DNA of 64,000 nucleotides from Candidatus Fervidifonticultor secundus (GTDB taxonomy: Bacteria; Sysuimicrobiota; Sysuimicrobiia; Sysuimicrobiales; Humicultoraceae). Position 1 is the stretch's first letter; each line of letters begins with the position of its first letter. A program made the translations under genes and the position numbers. Shown here piece by piece: positions 29,058-38,738 of this stretch. The notes beneath the pieces are model-generated. The model had not been told where the DNA came from. It did no database searches and saw nothing but the letters and a program-made list of their open reading frames with translations. The stretch is from the NCBI GenBank assembly GCA_031459385.1, contig JAVKIP010000004.1:32001-96000 (forward strand). The letters run 5' to 3'.

Positions 29058-30416
29058 ATGGACGCCACCAGGATTCTGCTGAGCGAGCAGGAGATCCCCA
29101 AGGCGTGGTACAACATCGCCGCCGACCTGCCGGTGCCGCTGCCGCCCGTCATCCACCCCGGGACCAGGCAGCCGATCGGACCGGCCGACCTGGCACCGCT
29201 CTTCCCCATGACGCTCATCATGCAGGAAGTCAGTACCGAGCGCGAGATCGAGATTCCCGAGCCGGTGCGCGACGTCTACCGGCTGTGGCGGCCGACGCCG
29301 CTGCACCGGGCGCGGCGGCTGGAGCGCGCCCTGGACACCCCGGCGCGGATCTACTACAAGTACGAAGGGACCAGCCCCGCGGGGAGCCACAAGCCCAACA
29401 CCGCCGTCGCCCAGGCGTTCTACAACAAGCAGGAAGGCGTCAGGCGCCTGACCACCGAGACCGGGGCCGGGCAGTGGGGGAGCGCCCTGGCCCTGGCGTG
29501 TCGCCTCTTCGACCTGGCGTGCACCGTGTACATGGTGCGCGTCTCCTACGAACAGAAGCCCTACCGGAAGGTGATGATGGAGACCTGGGGCGCGCAGGTG
29601 CTGCCCAGCCCCACGGATCGCACCCAGGCGGGCCGGGCGATCCGCGCCAGGGACCCGCACTCCCCCGGGAGCCTGGGCATCGCCATCAGCGAAGCGGTCG
29701 AGGACGCGGCGACCCACGACGACGCCAAGTACGCGCTGGGGAGCGTGCTCAACCACGTGTTGATGCACCAGACCGTGGTAGGGCTGGAGGCCAGGAAGCA
29801 GATGGAGCTGGCCGGGGACCCGCCGGACGTGATCATCGGGTGCGTCGGCGGCGGGAGCAACTTCGCCGGCCTGGCGTTTCCGTTCATGCCCGAGAAGTTC
29901 CGCGGGCGCGCCGTGCGGTTCGTGGCCGTCGAACCCGAGGCGTGCCCGACGCTGACGCGGGGCGACTACCTCTACGATTTCGGCGACACGGCGGCGACCA
30001 CGCCCCTCATCAAGATGTACACCCTCGGGCATACCTTCGTGCCGCCGGCGATCCACGCGGGCGGCCTACGCTACCATGGCGACGCGCCGCTGCTGTGCCT
30101 GCTCTACCATCACAAGTACATCGAGGCGGTGGCCTACCAGCAGCGCACCGTCTTCGACGCCGCTCTGCAGTTCGCGCGGGCCGAGGGCATCATTCCGGCC
30201 CCCGAGTCCGCCCATGCGGTGCGCAAGGCGATCGACGAGGCGCTGGAGGCCAGGCGCGAGGGTCGGCCGCGGGTGATCCTGTTCGGCCTCTCCGGGCACG
30301 GACACTTCGACCTGGGCGCCTACGAGCAGCACCTGGCGGGGCAGCTGGAGGACTTCGCCTATCCCGAGGAGGCGATCAAGGCCGCGATGCGCGACCTCGC
30401 CACGATCCAACCCTGA
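29058..30416 (+). CDS. trpB2: TrpB2-type tryptophan synthase beta subunit (stand-alone)
   Basis: [15 protein letters not shown] (PLP Lys), [44 protein letters not shown]. Confidence 0.93.
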   Translation: MDATRILLSEQEIPKAWYNIAADLPVPLPPVIHPGTRQPIGPADLAPLFPMTLIMQEVSTEREIEIPEPVRDVYRLWRPTPLHRARRLERALDTPARIYYKYEGTSPAGSHKPNTAVAQAFYNKQEGVRRLTTETGAGQWGSALALACRLFDLACTVYMVRVSYEQKPYRKVMMETWGAQVLPSPTDRTQAGRAIRARDPHSPGSLGIAISEAVEDAATHDDAKYALGSVLNHVLMHQTVVGLEARKQMELAGDPPDVIIGCVGGGSNFAGLAFPFMPEKFRGRAVRFVAVEPEACPTLTRGDYLYDFGDTAATTPLIKMYTLGHTFVPPAIHAGGLRYHGDAPLLCLLYHHKYIEAVAYQQRTVFDAALQFARAEGIIPAPESAHAVRKAIDEALEARREGRPRVILFGLSGHGHFDLGAYEQHLAGQLEDFAYPEEAIKAAMRDLATIQP

Positions 30417-30478
30417 CCCGCCTCGCCTGGCGCCCCGCGCTCCGCAGGGCGCGGTGGCGCAGGCGCCTCCGGTGGCCT

Positions 30479-30580
30479 CCTGCGGCGCCTGGTCCCCGAG
30501 GGGACGACGGACTGCCGGCACCGCGGTCGCGCCCCGTCGTCCCCTCCTGTCCGTCCCGCGCCAGGAGAGGATGCCGCAGG
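30479..30580. terminator. Large inverted repeat between convergent trpB2 and dtxR-like genes
   Basis: 13-bp perfect stem GAGGGGACGACGG(30498-30510)/CCGTCGTCCCCTC(30534-30546), with outer CCTGCGGC/GCCGCAGG pairing. Confidence 0.55.
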
Positions 30581-30595
30581 TCCCTCACGCGCGTC

Positions 30596-31270
30596 TCACG
30601 CGGGCGCAGGACGCACCCGCACGCGCTGCGCCAGCGAGCGGCCGAGGGCGCGGATCTGGTGCTGCACCTCTACGGTCACGGGGCCGTCCACGAGGCCGAT
30701 CTCGCGTACTTGCACCACCGCCCCGGGTAGCACACCGAGCGCTGCCAGGTGCGCCACGATCGCGCGGTCCTCCTCCGGGATGGCGGTCACGGTCGCGCGA
30801 CCCCAGACGGGCACCTGATCGAGCGTGACCAGGGCCTCGTCGTCCTCCGTGGTCTCACCGGGGATGGGCAACCCGTGCGGGCAGGTGGCCGGGTGCCCCA
30901 GGACCTCCGCCAGGCGGGTCTCGACCTCGGGACTGATCACGTGCTCGAGCTTGCACGCTTCCGCGTAGACGTCGGGCAGCTGCAGACGGAGCACGTCGGT
31001 GAGCAGGCGCTCGGCCAGCCGCAGCCGCCGGACGACCCGGCGGGCAGTGGCCAGGCCTGCATCGCTGAGGCTGTAGCCCGTCCCGGCGGTGGCCCGCACC
31101 AGGCCCTGGGCTTCCAGGCGCTTGAGCATCTCGTAGGCCGACGGGGGCGACACGCCCATGTACTCGGCCACCTTCGAGACGGTGACCGGCGGCGCGCCGA
31201 GCGAGACGGTGTAGACCGCCTTCAGGTACATCTCGATGCGCTCGGTGCGGGCGATGTCGTGCACCGTCAT
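30596..31270 (-). CDS. DtxR/IdeR/MntR family metal-dependent regulator with FeoA domain
   Basis: EMYLKAVY, RLAERLLTD, EACKLEHVIS, CPHGLPIP; ATGA overlap with the upstream fur-family gene. Confidence 0.9.
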   Translation of the reverse strand: MTVHDIARTERIEMYLKAVYTVSLGAPPVTVSKVAEYMGVSPPSAYEMLKRLEAQGLVRATAGTGYSLSDAGLATARRVVRRLRLAERLLTDVLRLQLPDVYAEACKLEHVISPEVETRLAEVLGHPATCPHGLPIPGETTEDDEALVTLDQVPVWGRATVTAIPEEDRAIVAHLAALGVLPGAVVQVREIGLVDGPVTVEVQHQIRALGRSLAQRVRVRPAPA

Positions 31271-31683
31271 CGACGGCACTCCCGGCAGATGCCACGGAAG
31301 ACTACCTGGAAGTCCTGCACCCAGTAGCCCTGGCGTTGGTCAGGCGCCAGATCGACAGGACCCAGCGGCACCTGCACGTCGGCGGCCCGACCGCAGCGAA
31401 CGCACACCAGGTGGTGATGAGGCCGGGGATTGGGGTCGTAGCGCGTGCTGCCCGTGCCCAGGTCCAGCGCCCGCACGGCGCCCATGGCCAGCAGTTCGTG
31501 CAGCACCGCGTAGACCGTGCGCAGCGACAGCGTGGGCATGATCTGCCGCGCCCGGCGGTAGAGGCCATCGGCCGTGGGGTGTTCCCGGTTGCCGTCCAGG
31601 AGCCGGCAGATCAACGCCCGCTGCGGCGTCAGCCGCCTGCGATGGGCCCGGAACTGAGCTGCCAGCGTGCTGGCCCGCTCCAT
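31267..31683 (-). CDS. Fur family regulator, PerR-like
   Basis: LTPQR, HPTA, SLRTVY, RYD...HHHLVCVRCG...D, CREC. Confidence 0.9.
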   Translation of the reverse strand: MERASTLAAQFRAHRRRLTPQRALICRLLDGNREHPTADGLYRRARQIMPTLSLRTVYAVLHELLAMGAVRALDLGTGSTRYDPNPRPHHHLVCVRCGRAADVQVPLGPVDLAPDQRQGYWVQDFQVVFRGICRECRR

Positions 31684-31790
31684 GTGGCACCTAACAACGA
31701 TTGTTGCGACGCGTCCCGGATCCCGCCAGCGCAGGCCGCGGGCTCGGTGCATCCCGCCCGTACCTGATACCGAATCGGGCGGAAAATGGA

Positions 31791-31821
31791 TTGACGAAAC
31801 TCAAGTATAAGGGTACCCTAA
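31791..31821 (+). promoter_or_regulatory. Sigma70 promoter of the iron ABC operon overlapped by a DtxR-family-like palindrome
   Basis: TTGACG-N17-TACCCT; TAAGGGTACCCTAA at 31808-31821. Confidence 0.6.
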
Positions 31822-31870
31822 CGACCGGTCCGGCGCAACCAGGGCCAGGTGCGGCGGAAGGGGAGGGACG

Positions 31871-32917
31871 ATGCGCAGCATGGTGGCAAACGCGGTCGTG
31901 AGACTGGCGACCGCCGCGGCCGTGGTACTCGCCGGCGGCGGTCCCGCGCAAGCGCAGGCATCCGTGCTGAACCTCTACAACGCCCGCCACTACGACACCG
32001 ACCAGGCGCTCTATGACGAGTTCACGCGCCAGACCGGTGTCCGCGTGAACCTGATCCAGGGCGATGCCGACCAGCTCATCGAGCGGATCAAGGCCGAAGG
32101 CGCGGGCAGCCCGGCCGACGTGCTGATCACGGTGGACGCCGGCCGGCTGTACCGGGCGCAGCAGGCCGGGCTCTGCCAGCGGATCGCCTCGCCGGTCCTC
32201 TCCGCCCGTCTCCCTGCCAGCCTGCGCGACCCCGAGGGCGCGTGGTACGGCTTCACCAAGCGCATGCGGGTGATCGCGTACGCACGGGAGCGGGTGGCGC
32301 GCGCAGAGCTCTCCACCTACGAGGACCTGGCCGACCCCCGCTGGCGCGGCCGCGTGCTCGTGCGCAGCTCGAGCCACGTCTACAACCAGTCGCTGGTGGG
32401 CGCCCTGGTGGCGTGGCACGGCGAGCCGTTCGTGGCGCGCTGGGCCCGCGGGATCGTGCAGAACTTCGCCCGGCCACCGCAGGGCGGGGACACCGACCAG
32501 CTCCTGGCGCTGGCCGCCGGCGAAGGGGACGTGGCGCTCGTGAACCACTACTACTACGTCCGGCTGCTGAACTCCCCGCGGCCCCATGAGCGCGCCGCCG
32601 CGGCAAAGGTTGGCCTGTTCTTCCCCAACCAGGGGCTGGAAGAGCGCGGGGTGCACGTGAACCTGAGCGGCGCCTGCGTCGTCGCCACGGCGGCGCACCG
32701 CGCCGCGGCCGTCGCGTTCCTCGAGTACCTAGCGTCCGACGGCGCGCAGGAGATCTTCGCCAGGGGGAACTTCGAGTTCCCGGCGGTCCGCGGCATCACC
32801 AATCCCTTGGCCGCCATCGCCCCCGCCCTGCTCAGGGAGGACCCGCTGAACGCCCGCATCTACGCGGCTAACGGCGGCAGGGCGCTGCAACTCATGGTCG
32901 GCGCCGGCTGGCGCTAG
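31871..32917 (+). CDS. Fe(3+) ABC transporter substrate-binding protein (FutA/FbpA-like)
   Basis: LYNARHYDTD, SPADVLITVDAGRL, RSSSHVYNQSL, GGDTDQ, NHYY, GVHVNLSG. Confidence 0.92.
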   Translation: MRSMVANAVVRLATAAAVVLAGGGPAQAQASVLNLYNARHYDTDQALYDEFTRQTGVRVNLIQGDADQLIERIKAEGAGSPADVLITVDAGRLYRAQQAGLCQRIASPVLSARLPASLRDPEGAWYGFTKRMRVIAYARERVARAELSTYEDLADPRWRGRVLVRSSSHVYNQSLVGALVAWHGEPFVARWARGIVQNFARPPQGGDTDQLLALAAGEGDVALVNHYYYVRLLNSPRPHERAAAAKVGLFFPNQGLEERGVHVNLSGACVVATAAHRAAAVAFLEYLASDGAQEIFARGNFEFPAVRGITNPLAAIAPALLREDPLNARIYAANGGRALQLMVGAGWR

Positions 32918-32931
32918 CAGGACGCCGCTCC

Positions 32932-34596
32932 GTGACGGGGCGGTCACTCTACCGGGTGCTGCCCGCGGCCGGCCTGGTCGTCGCCGGCGCGCTCTCGCTG
33001 CCCGTGCTGACCGTGGCGGGCAGTCTGCTCGTGCCGGCGGACGGCCCGTGGGTGGAGTTCGTCCGCCTGGTCCTGCCCCGCTACGTCGTCACCACCGTGT
33101 GGCTGGTGCTCGGGGTCGGTGCCGGGACACTTGTGATCGGCGTCGGGACGGCCTGGCTCGTCACGATGTGCCGTGTCCCCGGGCAGCGGATCTGGCAGTG
33201 GGCGCTCCTGCTGCCGATGGCGGTGCCCGCGTACCTGCTGGCCTACACCTACGCCGACCTGTTGCAGTACGCGGGGCCGGTGCAGACCGCGCTGCGGGCG
33301 TGGTTCGGGTGGAGCCGGGGCGACTACTGGTTTCCGCAGATCCGGTCCCTGGGCGGCGCCATCTTCGTCATGACCTGCGTCCTCTATCCGTATGTGTACA
33401 TCCTGGCCCGCGCGGCGTTCCTCGAGCAGTCGGGGGCCGTGCTGGAAGCCAGCCGCACACTGGGGCACTCGCCGTGGAGCACGTTCTGGCGTGTGGCGCT
33501 GCCGCTGGCGCGGCCGGGCATCGCCGCCGGGGTCGCCCTGGCCGGCATGGAGGTGCTCGCCGACTTCGGGACGGTCAAGCACTTCGAGCTCGATACCTTC
33601 GCCACGGGCATCTACGTGACGTGGTTCACCCTGGGCTCCCCGGTGGGCGCGGCTCGGCTGGCCGCCGGGCTCATGGTATTCGTGCTGGCCGTCATGAGCC
33701 TCGAGCGTGCCTCGCGCGGCAGCCGGCGCTTCCATCCGGCGGCGGCACCGCGGCGCGTGGCCGCGTTTCCGCTGCGCGGGTGGCGGGCTGGGGCGGCCGT
33801 CGCGGCCTGCCTGCTGCCGCTGCTGTGCGGCTTCGCGCTGCCGGCCGGGGCGCTGGCCCTGATGGCCGTGACCGCCGGCGACCCGCTGTTCGGGCCGGCG
33901 TTCCTGCGGCTCGCGGCCAACACGCTGCTGCTGGCGCTGCTGGCCGGGACGCTGGCGGTGGCCGTCGCCGCCCTGATCGCCTACGGCCTGCGCCTGGAGC
34001 CCTCTCCGCTCATGCGGGCGGCGGCGCGGGTGGCCGGCCTGGGCTACAGCGTGCCCGGCGCGGTGATCGCCGTGGGCGTCATGATCCCGTTCGGGTACGC
34101 CGACCGCGTCCTGGGCACCTGGCTGTACGCGGCGGCGGGCCGGCCGCCCGGGCTCGTCTTCAGCGGCACGATCTTCACGCTGGTGTACGCGTACCTCGTG
34201 CGCTTCCTGGCGGTCTCGTTGAACACGGTGGAAGCCGGGCTGGGGCGGATCAGACCCAGCATGGACGATGCGGCGCGGACGCTGGGCCATGGCCCCGGCA
34301 GCACACTGCTGCGCGTGCACGCGCCCCTCATGCGCGGCAGCCTGCTCGCCGCCGCGCTCCTGGTCGTGGTCGACCTGCTGAAGGAGCTCCCCGCCACCCT
34401 GATCCTGCGGCCCTTCAACTTCGACACGCTCGCGGTGCGGGTCTACCAGCTCGCGAGCGACGAGCGGCTGGCGGAGGCCTCCACGGCGGCGCTCGCGATC
34501 GTCGCCGTCGGCATCCTGCCGGTGCTCCTGCTGGACCGCACGATGGCGCGGGTGCGGGGGGCGCGCCACGACCCGCTGGAGGCCATGCGCCCGTGA
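32932..34596 (+). CDS. Fe(3+) ABC transporter permease (FutB/FbpB-like)
   Basis: LYPYVYILARAAF, ADFGTV, KELPATLILRPFNFDTLA, ASDERL. Confidence 0.92.
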   Translation: MTGRSLYRVLPAAGLVVAGALSLPVLTVAGSLLVPADGPWVEFVRLVLPRYVVTTVWLVLGVGAGTLVIGVGTAWLVTMCRVPGQRIWQWALLLPMAVPAYLLAYTYADLLQYAGPVQTALRAWFGWSRGDYWFPQIRSLGGAIFVMTCVLYPYVYILARAAFLEQSGAVLEASRTLGHSPWSTFWRVALPLARPGIAAGVALAGMEVLADFGTVKHFELDTFATGIYVTWFTLGSPVGAARLAAGLMVFVLAVMSLERASRGSRRFHPAAAPRRVAAFPLRGWRAGAAVAACLLPLLCGFALPAGALALMAVTAGDPLFGPAFLRLAANTLLLALLAGTLAVAVAALIAYGLRLEPSPLMRAAARVAGLGYSVPGAVIAVGVMIPFGYADRVLGTWLYAAAGRPPGLVFSGTIFTLVYAYLVRFLAVSLNTVEAGLGRIRPSMDDAARTLGHGPGSTLLRVHAPLMRGSLLAAALLVVVDLLKELPATLILRPFNFDTLAVRVYQLASDERLAEASTAALAIVAVGILPVLLLDRTMARVRGARHDPLEAMRP

Positions 34597-34685
34597 GGCC
34601 TGCCTTGTTGGGCGCACGGGGCTCTGGTACGCTGTCGGTGCAGATGCCGGCGGGTCGCGCCCCGCGCGGCCTACGTGAGCGGCAC

Positions 34686-35813
34686 ATGGCCATTGGCGAG
34701 GAGCGGGGGGCGCCCCCCGTCATCAGCATCCGCAGCGTGCTTCGGCGGTACGACCCCGCGGGACCGCCGGCCGTGGACCGCCTGTCGCTCGACGTGGCCC
34801 AGGGCGAGGTCCTCGCGCTGCTGGGTCCCTCCGGCAGCGGCAAGACCACGGTCCTGCGGCTCGTGGCCGGCTTCGAGCGGCCCGATGCGGGCGAAGTGTG
34901 GATCGCCGGGCGGCCGGTCGCAGGTGGCGGGGTGTGGGTTCCGCCCGAGGCGCGCAGCGTCGGCATGGTTTTCCAGGACTACGCGCTGTTCCCGCATCTG
35001 ACCGTCGAGGAAAACGTCGCCTTCGGCCTGCACTGTGTGCAGCGCGTGGAGCGCCCCCGGCGGACGCTCGAAGCGCTGGACCTGGTGGGGATGACGGCGT
35101 TCGCCGGCCGCTACCCCCACGAGCTGTCCGGGGGCCAGCAGCAGCGTGTCGCCCTGGCGCGGGCGCTGGCGCCGCAGCCGTTCGCGGTCCTGCTCGACGA
35201 GCCGTTCTCGAATCTCGACGCCGACCTGCGGGCGCAGGTGCGCGACGAGGTGCGCGGCATCCTGAAGCAGACCGGCACCAGCGCGATCTTCGTGACCCAC
35301 GACCAGCAGGAGGCCCTGGTGCTGGGCGACCGCGTCGGGGTGCTGCAGCAGGGTCGGCTCGAGCAGGTGGACACCCCGGAGCGCATCTTCCACATGCCCC
35401 GGACGCGCTTCGTCGCCCGGTTCTTGGGCCGGGCTGACTTCCTCCCCGCCAGGGTGACCGCACAGGGACTGCAGACCGAAGTCGGCGTTCTCCCTCAGCG
35501 CCCGCCACTCGGGAATGGCGACGACGTGGAGATCCTGGTGCGGCCGGACGACATCGCCATTGCGCCTGCGGCAGGCGGCGCCGGCATCGTCATCCGCCGC
35601 CTGTTCCAGGGCGGCGCAGTGCTGTATTGTATCGAGCTCCCCTCCGGCCGCCGCCTCCACAGCCTGCAGCCGCACACGGTGCACCTGGAGCCAGGCGCCC
35701 GCGTGGACGTGCGCCTGGCGCCGGGACACCCGCTGGCCTGCTTCCTCAACGGCCAGGCGGTTGCCGCTGTTACTGACGCCGCGCCCGGGGAACCTGCCCG
35801 GGCAGGCGACTGA
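34686..35813 (+). CDS. Fe(3+) ABC transporter ATP-binding protein (FutC/FbpC-like)
   Basis: GPSGSGKTT, VFQDYALFPHL, LSGGQQQRVALARAL, LLDEPFSNLD; C-terminal TOBE-like region. Confidence 0.92.
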   Translation: MAIGEERGAPPVISIRSVLRRYDPAGPPAVDRLSLDVAQGEVLALLGPSGSGKTTVLRLVAGFERPDAGEVWIAGRPVAGGGVWVPPEARSVGMVFQDYALFPHLTVEENVAFGLHCVQRVERPRRTLEALDLVGMTAFAGRYPHELSGGQQQRVALARALAPQPFAVLLDEPFSNLDADLRAQVRDEVRGILKQTGTSAIFVTHDQQEALVLGDRVGVLQQGRLEQVDTPERIFHMPRTRFVARFLGRADFLPARVTAQGLQTEVGVLPQRPPLGNGDDVEILVRPDDIAIAPAAGGAGIVIRRLFQGGAVLYCIELPSGRRLHSLQPHTVHLEPGARVDVRLAPGHPLACFLNGQAVAAVTDAAPGEPARAGD

Positions 35814-35820
35814 GCCGCGC

Positions 35821-36603
35821 ATGGCGGTCCGTCCCGCAGGATGGCTGCTGGACCTGGCGGAGGGTCCGGTGGACTACGGCGAGGCCTGGGCCCTGCAGCG
35901 CGCGCTGGTGGCCGCGCGGCAAGACGCGCGGGTGCCGGATCTCCTGATGCTGCTGGAGCACGCGCCGGTGGTCACGATCGGCCGCAGCGGGCGCCGGGGG
36001 AACGTGCTGATGCCGGCCGAGGAGCTGCGCCGGCGCGGTATCGCGCTGTACGAGGTCGAGCGCGGGGGCGACGTGACCTACCACGGACCCGGCCAGCTGG
36101 TCGGATACCCCGTTATGCACCTGCGCGCGCTGGGGGAGGACGTGGTACGGTACGTGCGGCTGCTGGAGGAGGCGGTCATCGTCACGCTGGCGTCGTTTGG
36201 CATCGCGGCGGGCCGCGAGCGCGGTTACCCCGGGGTCTGGGTCGGCGGCGCGAAGATCTGCGCGGTGGGTGTGGCGGTGAAACGAGCGGTCACCATGCAC
36301 GGCTTCGCCCTGAACGTCACCACGCCCCCCGAGGCGTTCGCCGCCATCAACCCGTGCGGCCTGGGCCGGCCGGTGACGTCCATGGCCGCGGTTCTGGGCC
36401 GCCCCGTCGCGCTGGCCGACGTGCGGCCGCGCTACGCGGCGGCGTTCTCCCGGGTCTTCCAGCTCCCGCTGCGGCCCGTATCCCTGCAGGCGCTGCCCGA
36501 CGAGGTGCGTGCCCGCGCCGCCTCCGAACGCGCTGCCCTGGCAGCGGCCACCCTGATGGCGGCCGCCGGGCACCCCGCCGGCCGGGCGCCGGCGCCTGCG
36601 TAG
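35821..36603 (+). CDS. lipB: Lipoyl(octanoyl) transferase LipB
   Basis: LLEHAPVVTIG, RGGDVTYHGPGQLVGYP, KICAVG, HGFALNV, INPCG. Confidence 0.92.
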   Translation: MAVRPAGWLLDLAEGPVDYGEAWALQRALVAARQDARVPDLLMLLEHAPVVTIGRSGRRGNVLMPAEELRRRGIALYEVERGGDVTYHGPGQLVGYPVMHLRALGEDVVRYVRLLEEAVIVTLASFGIAAGRERGYPGVWVGGAKICAVGVAVKRAVTMHGFALNVTTPPEAFAAINPCGLGRPVTSMAAVLGRPVALADVRPRYAAAFSRVFQLPLRPVSLQALPDEVRARAASERAALAAATLMAAAGHPAGRAPAPA

Positions 36604-36614
36604 AGGCAGAGACG

Positions 36615-36890
36615 ATGGCCACCGTGCTCATCCCCGCGCCCCTGCGACGCCTGACCGCGGGGCAGGCGCGCATCGTGGTGCCCGCCGGATCGGTGGCGGA
36701 GCTGCTGGACCGGCTCGACGCCAGGTATCCGGGCATGCGCGCCTACCTGCTCGACGACGCCGGCACCCTCCGCGCCTACGTGAACATCTTCGTCAACAGC
36801 GCCGAGGTCCGCAGCCTGGCCGGCCTGCAGACACCGCTCGCCGACGGCGACGAGGTAGCGATCCTGCCGGCCATGGCCGGCGGCGCGTGA
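36615..36890 (+). CDS. MoaD/ThiS family sulfur carrier (CysO-like), C-terminus GG-A
   Basis: IPAPLRRLT...YVNIFVN...DGDEVAILPAMAGGA. Confidence 0.9.
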   Translation: MATVLIPAPLRRLTAGQARIVVPAGSVAELLDRLDARYPGMRAYLLDDAGTLRAYVNIFVNSAEVRSLAGLQTPLADGDEVAILPAMAGGA

Positions 36891-37735
36891 GCGAGCGCTC
36901 CGCCCGCGAGCCCCGCGGGCTGACCGCGCCGGTGCGGCTGCAGCTGCCCGACCTGCGGATCGTGCCGTCCGCGGCCCTGCGCCTGCACGAGGAGTGCGAT
37001 CCGGAGCGCGTCGCGCGCCTGGCCCGGCGCCTGGCGGCCGAAGGCGTGCTGCGCAACCCCCCTCTGGTCGCGCCGCTGGGTGACGACGCATACGTCGTCC
37101 TGGACGGCGCCAATCGCGTCACGGCCCTCCAGCAGAGCGGCGTGCCCCATCAGGTCGTGCAGGTCGTGGACTACGACGATCCCGCCGTCGTGCTCGACGT
37201 GTGGGCGCACCTGCTCTCCGACGATGCGGCGGCGGTGCGCGCGGCGGGCCCCTGGGAGACGCTGCCCACAGACGAGCTGCGCGCCGGACTCGCCGCCGGC
37301 CGCCTGGTCTGCGGGCTGCTGACGCGGGTCGGAGCGTTCGGCCTGCCCGGCCGGGCCGACCTGGCCGAGCGCGTGCGCAGCATGGCCGCGGTGGTGGCGA
37401 CATACAAGGGGCGCCAGACGATCTACCGCGTCCAGCCGGCCGACCTGGACGCGCTGGCGCGCGAGTACGGCCGGGCCGACGCCCTGGTGATCTTCCCGCG
37501 CCTGTCGAAGGCGGACGTCCGTGCCATTGCTCGGCTCCCCCAGAAGCTGCCGACGGGCATCAGCCGGCACGTCGTCCCGCTGCGCGCGCTGCGCGTGAAC
37601 ACGGACCTGGCGCTGCTGCGAGGCCCCGAGCCCACGGCGGTGAAGCAGGCACGGCTCGATGAGGCGATCCGGTCGCGGCTCCTCGAGCATCGCGTGCGCC
37701 ACTACCCCGAGCCCACCGTCCTCTACGACGAGTGA
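36887..37735 (+). CDS. ParB/Srx-fold protein, SbnI/SerK-like putative free L-serine kinase
   Basis: LRLHEECDPERV...GVLRNPPLV...YVVLDGANR; C-terminal KLPTGISRHVV; resembles the SbnI LHE...PILV...DGVHR pattern. Confidence 0.7.
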   Translation: MSERSAREPRGLTAPVRLQLPDLRIVPSAALRLHEECDPERVARLARRLAAEGVLRNPPLVAPLGDDAYVVLDGANRVTALQQSGVPHQVVQVVDYDDPAVVLDVWAHLLSDDAAAVRAAGPWETLPTDELRAGLAAGRLVCGLLTRVGAFGLPGRADLAERVRSMAAVVATYKGRQTIYRVQPADLDALAREYGRADALVIFPRLSKADVRAIARLPQKLPTGISRHVVPLRALRVNTDLALLRGPEPTAVKQARLDEAIRSRLLEHRVRHYPEPTVLYDE

Positions 37736-38730
37736 TGGCGTACCGGTTTCCGCCGTCCGCCCCGGCGCCCATCGCCGGCGACGTCCTGGGTCTCATCGGG
37801 AACACGCCCCTGGTCCGGCTCTCGCGGGTCGCCCCGCTGCGCGAAGGCGTCGAGTTGTACGCGAAGCTGGAGGCGCAGAACCCGGGCGGATCGGTCAAGG
37901 ACCGTCCGGTGCTGCGCATCGTGGAGGACGCCGAGCGCGACGGGCGGCTGCGGCCAGGCCAGGTCATCCTGGACTCCACCAGCGGCAACGCCGGCATCGC
38001 CTACGCCATGATCGGCGCCGCCAAGGGTTACCGCGTCACCCTCGTCGTGCCGGGCAATGCCAGCGACGAGCGCAAGGGCATCCTCCGGGCGTACGGGGCC
38101 GACCTGGTGCTCTCCGACCCCCTGGAAGGGTCAGACGGCGCCATCTTGGTGGCCCGGCGCATGGCGGCGGAGGCGCCGGAGCGGTACGCCTACCTCGACC
38201 AGTACAGCAACCCCAGCAACTGGCGTGCTCACTACGACACTACGGGCCCGGAGATCGTGCGCCAGACCCACGGCCGCATCACCCACTTCGTGGCCGGGGT
38301 GGGCACCAGCGGCACGGTCATCGGGGTCGGCCGCCGCCTGCGCGAGACGAACCCCGCAGTCGAGATCGTGGCCGTCGAGCCCGACGACGCGTTCCACGGC
38401 ATCGAAGGCCTCAAGCACCTGCCCACGGCCATCGTGCCGGGCATCTACGACCCGTCGGTACCGCACCGGACGCTGCGCGTGGCCACCGACGACGCCTACG
38501 CGTTCACTCGCCGGCTGGCCGTGACCGAGGGGCTCTTCGTGGGACCCTCGGCAGGCGCCGCGCTGGCCGCGGCGCTGGCGGTAGCGCGCGACCTGCGAGA
38601 GGGCGTCATCGTCGCCATCTTTCCGGACGCCGGCGACCGGTACCTGTCCACCAGCGTCTGGCGCCAGGTCGCGCGCGCCGGCCCGCCGGGGCCGGGGCCC
38701 GGAGGCCCGCCCGGCGCAACCGGTATATAA
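37735..38730 (+). CDS. cysM: PLP-dependent cysteine synthase (CysM-like, probable O-phosphoserine sulfhydrylase)
   Basis: IGNTPLV, AKLEAQNPGGSVKDR, STSGNAG, GVGTSGT, GDRYLST. Confidence 0.88.
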   Translation: MAYRFPPSAPAPIAGDVLGLIGNTPLVRLSRVAPLREGVELYAKLEAQNPGGSVKDRPVLRIVEDAERDGRLRPGQVILDSTSGNAGIAYAMIGAAKGYRVTLVVPGNASDERKGILRAYGADLVLSDPLEGSDGAILVARRMAAEAPERYAYLDQYSNPSNWRAHYDTTGPEIVRQTHGRITHFVAGVGTSGTVIGVGRRLRETNPAVEIVAVEPDDAFHGIEGLKHLPTAIVPGIYDPSVPHRTLRVATDDAYAFTRRLAVTEGLFVGPSAGAALAAALAVARDLREGVIVAIFPDAGDRYLSTSVWRQVARAGPPGPGPGGPPGATGI

Positions 38731-38738
38731 TAAACTGA

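Noticed and set aside
36887..37735. Chromosome-partition ParB or defence-associated ParB nuclease
   Set aside because: No parA, no HTH region, and embedded in a cysteine operon; better matches SbnI/SerK
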